DNA of 64,000 nt, from contig CM022677.1 of NCBI GenBank assembly GCA_012295275.1, forward strand, positions 11,470,001-11,534,000, in the 5' to 3' direction. Shown here one piece after another: positions 44,055 through 53,768 of the stretch. Numbering within the stretch: position 1 is the stretch's first letter; every line of letters begins with the position of its first letter. A program made the position numbers and the translations under genes. The stretch is from Chrysomallon squamiferum (Eukaryota; Animalia; Mollusca). The notes below the pieces were generated by a model. That model saw nothing but the letters and a program-made list of their open reading frames with translations. It searched no databases and was not told where the DNA came from.

Positions 44055-46179
44055 TTAATTAGCAGATTTATATTTTTTCAAAATGTCCATTTGAGTTTCC
44101 TGTATTGTTTCTGTAAACTGATCATAAAATGACGGAGTTTCAGGTATGTAGAATTTGTATTTCTTCTGTTCAGGTTGTTCAGGTTCGGATCCTACAGTTA
44201 TGTATTGTCCGTCTATCTGTTCGTCCAAATTTCGTTTGATTCCTTTTTGCTCTTGTTTTTCTACATTATTTTCCTGTTGGCTGGTTATGAACAAATCTTG
44301 AGAAGGATTATATTTTTCTACTTCCTCTTTTTCTTCATCTTTACTTGATATTTCAATATACTCTATTTTATCTTCTGATTGCTTATCATTGGATTATTTG
44401 GTGCAATGATGGATTGACTGTCATCGAAATTGTCTCTGAAGTAACTATTACGTCCTTCGAAAGTGTTGTCTTCAACGTTATTGTTATGTTTCATAGAGAA
44501 ATATTCCCTGTCGTTTTCTAATGCAATTGTCATTTCGTCGTCTGTCGGTTCAAATCCTATGGTGAATAATTTAGGATGAATTAAATTGTAAGCATGTTTA
44601 AGAACATCACTTTTTTTCAAGTCCCGAAGAAAGTAAAGTCTAGTCTTCATAATGCTTATTTGGCTTGTTGTTAATCCATCTCCAAAACGATTATTCGAAT
44701 TAATCATGCAAAGATTAGCTCTGCAGTAACAAGGAGTAGTACCTTTTCTTTCGCAAGTAGCTTTACTGCCACTGAGTAAATCCTTGTATTTGTCTATATT
44801 TGTCTGATTAATCGATATTTCTTCACCTAAAACGATTCGAAAAATGTTCCCTAACATCTGCACAACTTAAACACTCAAACATACTGCTTGAGATCATAGT
44901 CTTACCGGAGTCAGACTCTCCTTGCAAATATACACCTACTTTCTTTTTACCTTTACCTTTTAGTAAAGCTACATCAAAACATATAACCATCTTTCGGGAA
45001 TTTGTTGTTCTACACACCAGCTGTTAAATATTTTAAGACTGTCCTCGGGTGTCATATAATGTTCTATATCATTGTTCAAATCGGTTATTTGATCATAAGC
45101 ATTCTTATCTGATTGTTCTTCCAAAAATTTAGATCTGGCCGCTTTAAATAACTTCTCTCCTGAAGTATTAGCAACAGCATTGCATATCGCTTTGAATTCA
45201 TTGGAGGTACTGTCATATTTGCTAATAAGCATGTTAAGCTTATTAACTTCCGGATTTTTTACAATTAGCTTGTAAAAAAAAGTCAAACGTGTCAGCTGAT
45301 TTATTGGTTATCAAGTGAGATGGAACGGTTTCATCCTTATTATTATTGTCTGTTGTTTTATTATCTTCCATCATTATTTCTAACACCTGTTCTTCTATTT
45401 TTGCATCGGCTGAGGTTGTACCTGTTCCATGTTTAATTGTCTTGTTGCTAGTTGTTGGCTGTGGTGTAGCTTTAACATCATCTTTTCGAACAGGTTCCTT
45501 AATGGCAGGTACAATAGAATCGTTGTTTGCAACATCTTGATTGTCAAAGAAGTCTAACAGTACGTTCATTAGTTCTTCCTCATTACTTCTGATACGTTTA
45601 TCTGTATCATTCCATAATTTCAGCATCCGGTCGTCGTTTGTACCCAGATACATTTTTTCTTTGTCATTCATTAGGTAAGTCATGTAGTTCTCCAATGATG
45701 TAGTTTGAGGTTCTTTGATCTGTCTGATTTTAATGTATCCTTTTTCATTCAATATAGCTGTGTGCAGTCTCCTGTATTGACGGTCCTGTGATGGCGTTTT
45801 CATATTATTTTTCCAAATAACATGTACATGTGATCCATATGTAGGATAATTTTTATCCAATGTACAGTCTTTTTGATGATAAACTACAAGATTTTTCCAA
45901 TTTTTGTTCCTTAAGAAGGCTTTCAATTCAGTTATGACGCGATCTTGACCTTTAGACAGGAACTCGTAATTTGGTGTCGCCCAGTGATCTACTGTCTTAT
46001 CCAAAATGTCTTGTGGGTCTATCTGATAACTCTTGATGTAATTTTTTCCCTGTGTGAAAACATACTTTCCATCTTTATCTTTTACTAAACTTCTTGGAAC
46101 CAGAAACTTTGGATGAACCATGTCGTAGTTTGTATGTCCAATAATAGTTCTCTTCTGCGAGTTCCATATATCGATCCAT
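44055..46179 (-). pseudogene. NS1: NS1/Rep of unit B, nearly full length (~700 codons), with frameshifts and small deletions
   Basis: Start MDRYMELAEENYY at 46179; HUH GSHVHVIW; YMTYLMND; GESDSGKT; VLGEE; CMINSN; a ~30-bp deletion removes GKIAKDNFPW at ~44860. Confidence 0.9.
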
Positions 46180-46209
46180 TGTTTCTTTTGTTTTAATATA
46201 TATATTTTA

Positions 46210-48268
46210 TATGTACCATGCACAGGCCATACTAATCGACGTCTAGCTTTACGTTTATTCCAGTTGTCCCATACAGGACAATATACTCTCATTTTCCATT
46301 GTTTTTCAATTCTGTCTTTATATTGTTTACCAGTTTCATCTAAAAACTGATCTTGTTCAGTATGTTTTACATTGTCTTTATTTCCTGTTGGTACAGTGTC
46401 GTTACCTTTAAATATAAGGCCTTGCATAGGACCAGGACATCCACCTAATCCTATAGGTATATATTTCGGACACATACCGGTTCTGACTAGAAATTCAACC
46501 TCACTATAATAAGTTATTTGTATATTAGCATGATAGTTAAAGAATAACGTGGCCCCACTAGTAGTTTTTTCCGACATCTGGATATAGACCAATTAAGAAT
46601 ATCGGAGGTCTATTACACTGAAAAGTCCTTCGATGTGATCCATCCATACATGTATTAACGTTCGGATCATCCATATCGTTGGACGCTACACCATTTTTAG
46701 ATAGTTTGGTACCTCCGTCATCTACCAAAGATGGAGCACCTAGATCTTTAGATGCTTTGTTCTGGTAACATCCTTTATAATTTACATTTCTATATTGGTG
46801 ATTAAAATATGTAGTAATTGCAGTTCCCATAGGATGTGTTGATGTATTAGTTACCGTAATTTCATGTGTAGGCCACACTTCTAAATTTGCTTTATTTTCA
46901 TTGCTGCATTGATATCTATCTTTTTTAATATTTGCTGTCATTTGAGTAAAATTTAAAGTCTGACTGCTTTCTCCCGGAAATATAACCAATGGAGAGTCTT
47001 TACAAGTATAATCTAATCCAAACCCACCTGCACTAATAACTGTTTCCCGATAACCATCATGCTTTTTCATGTCATATATATAATTTGGTGTTTCAGCTGT
47101 AAAATGCATATTATCTCCTGTCTGATCCCAAGCGCTATTCAATAATTGCATAGCTACATCACTTGGAAGATATAATTTACGATCTGGTTGTACTGGTATA
47201 GCTCTTTGAGAGGTTACATCCATGCATTCCTCGTCTTGGAATAGATTATTATGTGACAAGTTTAAATTTTTTTTCTGGTAATCCATAATCATTATAGATA
47301 TCTGTAAACGTCCAAATTCTTGCATTTGGTGGTGCCATAACTGGTACTTCGTTGGGATCGGATTTGGTATTATTTAAAACATGTATCATCATATTATTAA
47401 TATTAAATCCAATTTTTTTTATCTTATACCCAACAAATTTATCTGGTAAATTCCAATCATCAGCTTTCGTACTGGCTTGTTTGTACCAATATGGTATAAT
47501 GTGTCCTCCATGATTAAATACCAATTCACAAACATTAGGATCACCTATTGCTTTTTTCCAATTAGTGGAATCTGATCCGTTATCTAATATATTCATTTTA
47601 GCTTTTCTAGCTTTAGTAAAATGTATAACACTAGTAAATGTTCGTTTGAATGTCTTTTTAATAGTTATATATCTAGGATTAGCTCCTTTAGTGGTTCCTC
47701 CAAATCCTTGATACAAAACGTTGTTACCTGTAGCTGAAGCCATGGGAGCACCTTCAACAGCTTCGCTTCCCCCTGTATCGGTAACTTCTTCATTCATAAT
47801 AGAATCAGGTTCCATTACAGACTCTTGTGGTTGAAGGTATGTTCCTTTAGAATTAGATTGATCTAGTACATCTTGTGATATTCTATTAGATAATTGATTG
47901 TTATTAGGCAGTTTAGAATTGGAACCTCCTGCTGGTTCATTTGTTTGTCGCTTCATTGCTTGTTTTGTTTCGGTTGTTGTTGATCCTTGTCTTGACTCTT
48001 CTTCTGAGTATATAGGCGTATTAAAAGGGTCTTCTTCGTCCGAATCCTCAATATGGTTATTGTTTTCCCGAAGACCTTGTATTGCCGTATAGAAATTTTG
48101 ATTAGGAATTTGTAAATTTGGATACTGACGTCGTATCTGTAACCACCTCTTTTGACGCTGATCCACCGGCACATTTAAATCTGATAATATAGCAAATGCT
48201 TTAGCTTTAGCTATCGCCCAAAGTCTTGTCACTTCTTTCTTGTTTAACACACGTTTTCCTTTATTCAT
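46210..48268 (-). pseudogene. Capsid-like VP of unit B (~690 codons), two homopolymer frameshifts, last ~16 codons deleted
   Basis: Disordered acidic N-terminus, Gly-rich GFGGTT stretch, then KTFKRTF..GHIIPYW..GYKIKKIGFNINN, resembling the first beta-strands of parvoviral jelly-roll capsids. It has an Asn/Thr-rich body and basic C-terminal RKARRR, and lies between ITRs next to NS1. Confidence 0.72.
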
Positions 48269-48629
48269 GAAATAGGACTGGTTATACGCATATAATTCAC
48301 GTATTCGTCCTCTTCTTGTTCTAATTCTTCTCTCTCAGATATAGAAATGTTATTATCCAATTTTTTGTCGTCTGGTTGCAAGAAATCACTGAATTGATGT
48401 ACGGCTTCTTCTATTTGACTTTTAGTATATGTAGCAATACCTTCAACAGAAGATTCAACAATACTTTGTCCAATAGCTGTAGTGGCTCTAAATATATACT
48501 ATCTGCTCCAACAATTTCAGCAATAGCTGGTACTGTAGAATCTATTATAGCTGATGTCGCTAATTCAACAGATGTATCAAAAGCAAATTCTATTATTTCA
48601 GTAGCTATAATTCCCAAAGCTGTAAACAT
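48265..48629 (-). CDS. Small acidic ORF X, unit B, one frameshift (~48490)
   Basis: MFTALGIIATEIIEFAFDTSVELATSAIIDST...EEDEYVNYMRITSPIS*; its stop overlaps the VP ATG (ATGA). Confidence 0.7.
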
Positions 48630-48705
48630 CCTAACACATCATCAACAAACATAAAAATGAAAAATATATATATATATAGTTATATTATATATTATATATT
48701 ATTAC

Positions 48706-49203
48706 GGATATGGCGTCATACTCTTCAAAATAAAAAAAATTAGGGTGGGGGGTGAAGAATAAAATGACCTGATAGATTTCAACCTAACTCTTGTTATTGT
48801 AAAAAAAACAAAGTTCCTCATGATCTGGCTTTTTGGCTTTTTGGCTTTTTGGCCATAAGGTACTTTTAGCCCGAAGGTGATAACGTTCCTTCGGGCGTAG
48901 CCAGAACCCGAATGATCATAAGTTAAAAGTACATTATGGTCAAAAAGCCAAAAAGCTAAAAAGCCATGTAGTGAGGAACTTTGTTTTTTTTAAAATAACA
49001 AGAGTAGAGTTGATAATACTTTTAACTTAAGCTCCTTCGGGCGAAGCCTAAGCTCCTTCGGCTTAAAAGTACATTTGGTCAAAAAGCCAAAAAGCTAAAA
49101 GCCATTCATGAGGAACTTTGTTTGTTTTACAATAACAAGAGTAGAGTTGATAATCTATCATATCTTGCATTTTCACACCCCCACCCCATTTTTGTTTGAA
49201 GAG
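48706..49203. repeat. B/C junction: unit B ITR, long-core hairpin, partial second hairpin with inverted short core, unit C ITR
   Basis: Palindromic arms at 48795-49000; 49020-49070 is the reverse complement of the core at 40030-40080. Confidence 0.9.
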
Positions 49204-49318
49204 AAAATACAAACAAATTATAACTTTTAAACATATTATTTATTAATTATAAATACTTTATATTTAAACATATTTTTATTAACTCTGAACGTTGTATATT
49301 TAAACATATTTTTATTAA

Positions 49319-51501
49319 CTATGAACAATTTATATGTGTCATATATTTGTATTTTTTTAAAATGTCAAATACTTCTTTACTTTCGTCGTTATCGTCGTTG
49401 TCTTGAGTTTCTTCAATTGTCATTATCATCTTTATTGCACTTTATTTAGTTTCTGGTATGCAAATTTTTTTTTTTTTATTACAAGGTGAAGGACATATTA
49501 CTTCATCATCCGAACAGTCATCATCTTCAAATTTACGTTTCTTGCTATTGTCATATTCTTGATCACTTTGAATAGTTTTCAAGCTCTTTTGACTTTGTGT
49601 AAATAAAACTTGTGATGGATTATAACTGCTGTTTTGTTGATCTTCATCATCATCTGATATTTCAATGTAGAACCGTTTTCTAGATATGGAGTTGGATAAT
49701 TCTGGTTGTAATGTTTGTGAAATATCATCAAAATTATCTCTGAAATAACTCATTTTGCCATCTATTGTATTATCAGACACATTGTTGTTTGTTTTCAATC
49801 TGAAATAATCTCTATCGTTCTCTAACGCAATCATCATCTCATCCTCAGATGGTTCAAATCCAAGTTTAAACAAGTCAGGATGTAACAAATTATAACATTG
49901 TTTCAAAACATCATTTCTTTTCAAATCTTGGATAAAATATAGTCTTGTTTTCATTATGCTTATTTGGCTGGATGTTAAGCCGTCTCCAAATCTATTGTTG
50001 GAATTAAGCATACATAAGTTTGCTCTGCAATACGTTGGTGTAGTGTCTTTCCGTTCGCAGGTAGCCTTGCTACCGCTAAGCAAGTCTTTATATTTGTCAA
50101 TGTTACTTTGAGTGATGGAAATCTCCTCTCCTAATACTATTTTTTTATTTCCTAACATTTGCCAAGGAAAATTATCCTTGGCAATTTTTCCAGAACAATT
50201 TAAACATTCAAACATATGCTGGATATCATAGTTTTTCCGGAGTCTGATTCCCCCTGAATATATAATCCAACTTTTTTCTTCCCATTGCCTTTTAACAGAG
50301 AAATGAGGAGAACATATAACCATCTTTCCGGAATTGCTTGCTCTACACACCAACTATTAAATATTTTCAAACTGTCTTCGGGTGTCATATAGTTATCTAT
50401 TACGTTCTGGTAGATTTATGATCTGTTCGTATGCATTTTTTTCAGACTCTTCATTCATATACTTAGCTCTCGCTGCTTTGAATAATTTCTCACCGGATGT
50501 GTTGGCTACGGCACTGCAAATGGCTTTGAATTCATTACTGGTTGTATCATATTTACTTATCAGTAAATTTAATTTATTAACGTCTGGATGTTTCAGAATC
50601 AATTTGTAAAAAAAATCAAATGTCTCTGCTGATTTGTTAGCAATAAGATGTGAAGGCACTGGTTTATTTGTATCAATGTCATTTTCATTTTCGTTCATGT
50701 CAATATTTGTTGTTCTATTTTTGATGCAGCCGACGTTTCACCTTGTCCATGTTTAATGTTATTTAATGTGAGATCGGTTTCCTTACTTGCATCTTCTTTT
50801 CTTATCGGCTCTTTAAGCTGACAAATTATGGTATCTTTCTCTGTAATGTCTTTATCATCGAAAAAGTCAAGAAGAACATTCATAAGTTCTTCTTGATCTT
50901 TTGCAGTATTAATCAGTTGGTTCCATTGATATAACGTCTTTTCATCATTAGTTCCTAAGAACATTTTTTCTTTATCATTCATGAGATACATCATGTAATT
51001 ATTGAGTGATTTATCTACTGGAGACTTTAGTTTTCTTATCTTAATATACCCCTTCTCTGTCAATACAGCTCTGTGAAGACGTCTATACTGCCTGTCTTGA
51101 GAAGGTGTCTTCATGTTTGTTTTCCATATGAGATGTATATGGGATCCATACGTCGGATAATTGCTTTCTATATTGCAGTCTTTCTGATGGTATACCACTA
51201 ACATTTTCCAATTTTTATTTCGTAGAAATGACTTTAATTCTGTTATTACACGATCTTGTCCTTTTGCTAAATACTCATATTATGGTGTAGCCCAGTGATC
51301 AACTGTTTTATCCAAAATATCCTGAACATCCATTTGGTAACTTTTAATGTAGTTCTTTCCTTGCGCATATTCATATTTGCCATCCTTGTCTTTTACTAGT
51401 GAACGTGGTACTAGGTACTTTGGGTGGATCATATCATATCCAACATGTCCAATGACAACACTGTAATAGTTGTCATCTATCGTTTGTATAAATCTATCCA
51501 T
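49319..51501 (-). pseudogene. NS1: NS1/Rep of unit C, full length with in-frame stops and frameshifts
   Basis: MDRFIQTIDDNYYSVVIGH; HUH GSHIHLIW; YMMYLMND; GESDSGKT; VLGEE; CMLNSN; stops at ~51280, ~50695 and ~49442. Confidence 0.9.
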
Positions 51502-51578
51502 TCTTTTATCGTTTTTTAATTCTTTTCAGATAATATTGAATTAAATATTAATGAATTCAACCTGAAATGATAACAAGC

Positions 51579-51662
51579 AACTGAAATATTTTTGAACGTC
51601 TCTTTTATTTATAACGATATTAACATGACGTCATATTAATGACGTAATAATGTACTACGTGA
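51579..51662 (-). promoter_or_regulatory. Internal NS1 promoter (CRE/ATF-like sites, TATA, initiator)
   Basis: TATAAATA at 51613-51606; TCAGTT Inr with its A at 51582 (31 nt downstream); TGACGTCA at 51627-51634. Confidence 0.7.
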
Positions 51663-51736
51663 CAAACTGAACATAATATTATTAAAGACTGTTTACTGTA
51701 TTCATACGCTAATTAATTAAATAGTTCCAAATTAAA

Positions 51737-51890
51737 TTATATCGGATATGACCAATCTACTGTGTTGTCTGCAATAGGTACAGTTCTATCACCGTATGCA
51801 CCGTGTATAGGCCAAATAAATCGTCTTCTTGGTTTACACGTATTCCAATTATCCCAGATAGGAGCATATATTCTCATTTTCCATGTTTTT
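51737..51890 (-). pseudogene. VP C-terminal fragment with natural stop (..WPIHGAYGDRTVPIADNTVDWSYPI*)
   Basis: Homologous to the VP ends at 46210-46300 and 52339-52490. Confidence 0.75.
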
Positions 51891-52005
51891 TCGCAAGGGC
51901 TCTTGCTGTAAGATACTGTGGATGGACGAGATCATAGTCCTTGGGACCTATGATTACTGAGTAGTAATTCATCGTTTCGTTGTTGATCTCTGTATGTTGA
52001 TCCAT
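51891..52005 (-). pseudogene. NS1: NS1 N-terminal fragment of another genotype (MDQHTEINNETMNYYSVIIGPKDYDLVHPQYLTARALAK)
   Basis: Aligns to the NS1 starts of units B and C. Confidence 0.75.
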
Positions 52006-52076
52006 TATTCAATTAGTGCTTTTATATAAAGTATTTTAGTATTCGGAAGATCTTTACATTTCAATTAATGACGAAC

Positions 52077-52156
52077 GACTGAGAACGTTTGAAAGTCAGC
52101 TTTATTTATAGCAAATTAATAGTACGTCATCAAAGTGACGTAAAAACACGTGACGT
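52077..52156 (-). promoter_or_regulatory. Second copy of the internal NS1 promoter
   Basis: TATAAATAAA at 52110-52101; TCAGTC Inr with its A at 52080 (30 nt downstream); upstream acgtca/tgacgt and cacgtg motifs. Confidence 0.7.
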
Positions 52157-52338
52157 TAAGTATAACATAAAATACTTTTAACTGTATTAATACGCAGCGT
52201 AACAATAAATAGTTTATTAAATAATTAATTTATTTATTTTTTAAATTTAATTATTCTATATTATTATTTAATTTTAAATTATTAGTTAACAATAAATACA
52301 TAAATACAGCTGTTGATAACTATATATTTAACAAGTAA

Positions 52339-52614
52339 CTAAATAGGATATGACCAATCAGTTGTATTTGCAGTGATAGGTACACTTCTATCACCATAGG
52401 CACCATGTATAGGCCAAATAATTCGTCTTCTAGGTTTTCGTCTAACCCATTTATCCCATATTGGTGCATATATTGTTAATTGCCATGCTTTCTTTATTCT
52501 ATCATAATACTGTATAGCCGTTTCATCTAAAAATTGATCTTGTTCGGTATGTTTAACATTATCTTTTTTACCCTTTACGGTATTACTCAGCGTGAAAATT
52601 CCTCTCATAATGGC
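52339..52614 (-). pseudogene. VP C-terminal fragment with natural stop (third genotype)
   Basis: KDNVKHTEQDQFLDET..WDKWVRRKPRRRIIWPIHGAYGDRSVPITANTTDWSYPI*. Confidence 0.75.
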
Positions 52615-53017
52615 ATTCGTAATTTTCTTATCTTGATGTACCCTTTTTCTGTTAATACTGCTATGTAGCCTTCTGTATTGTCGATCTTGGATAGGTGTCT
52701 TCATACATGTTTTCCATAATATATGTATATGACTGCCATACGTTGGAATGTTCGTTTCCATATCACATGATTTGTCGTGATACACAACTAACACTTTCCA
52801 GTTTTTGTTTCGGAGCAACGCCTTCACTTCAGTGACTATTCTATCTTGTTCTTTTTGCAAAAATTCTGTTTGTGGTGAGCTCCAATGATCGACGGTACGA
52901 TCAAGTAGATCTTGATGATCCGTTGCCAAGGAATTTATATAATTTTTGCCACTGGCATAAACATACTTTGCCATCTTTGTCCTTTGCTAAAGCTCTTGCA
53001 GGTATATAGTTCGGATG
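52615..53017 (-). pseudogene. NS1: NS1 HUH-domain fragment (further genotype) inserted between VP fragments
   Basis: HPNYIPARALAKDKDGKY..TVDHW..LRNKNWKVLVVYH..GSHIHILW..QDRQYRRLH. Confidence 0.8.
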
Positions 53018-53768
53018 TCACTTCATTCCCTGATACTGAATCGGGATTCATCACACTTTCTTCTAGTTGTAATTATGCTCCTTTCCCACCAGTATTTTCT
53101 ACAACAGCTTCAGATACAGTTGTAGATAACTGTTGATTTTCTTTACGTTTCTTATTTGGTGGTGGATTAATTGGTTCTTCTTTGTGTCTTTTCATTGTTT
53201 CTTTTGTTTGTCTTTCGTGGTCTTCTGAGAATAAAGGCGAATAAAAAGGGTCCTGTTCTTTCGAATCTTCAGTATTGTTATATTCTTGCCAAAGATCATG
53301 TATTGCCGAATACAAATCTGAATTCGGTATTTGCAAATTTCGATATCTACGTCGAATCTATAACCAGTTTTCTTGAGCTTGATCCTTAGACACATTTAAC
53401 TGTTGTAATATATTTAATACTTTAGATTATGCTATTGCCCAAAGACGAGTAACTTCCTTTTTATCCAATATACGTTTTCCTTTGTGCATTAAAACGATTA
53501 ATATATAAGTAACGTTCTCTTCTTCCTCTTCTTCTTTCTGCTGTTCGTTATCTTTGCTTATAATATTTTTGTCAGATAAACTAGTTCCTTGCACAGCGTA
53601 AGGAAATTCTTCAACTGCTTTTTTTATCTGAGACTTAGTATAATCTGCAATAGATTCTGTTGAATATTCAACAACCGTTTGTGCTAATCCAGTTGCTTCG
53701 TCGAGAAATATATTATCAGCGCCAATGATTTCTGCTACTGCTGGTGCTGTTGATTCTAATATTGCTTG
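53018..53768 (-). pseudogene. Partial ORF X (53489-53768) plus VP N-terminal fragment (53018-53489) of a diverged genotype
   Basis: ILESTAPAVAEIIGADNIF..IADYTKSQ; MHKGKRILDKKEVTRLWAIA; LQIPNSDLYSAI..EQDPFYSPLF. Confidence 0.75.

Noticed and set aside
45243-46592. 449-aa ORF looking like a natural VP-NS1 fusion protein
   Set aside because: The NS1 ATG (MDRYMELAEENYY, 46179) is in another frame. The fusion results from deletion of the VP end and promoter plus a small deletion at ~46140. Two other copies show separate genes with an intergenic promoter.
41351-48654. Plus-strand ORFs inside the array suggesting an ambisense genome
   Set aside because: They are short antisense shadows of the minus-strand genes with no motifs and no consistent start/stop conservation between units
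39823-49203. Recurrent palindromes as a CRISPR array
   Set aside because: Eukaryotic context, ~200-bp repeats separated by kilobases of viral genes, and no cas genes
52339-52974. 211-aa ORF as a single gene
   Set aside because: It is a chimera of an NS1 HUH fragment and a VP C-terminus joined at ~52615, with an internal frameshift
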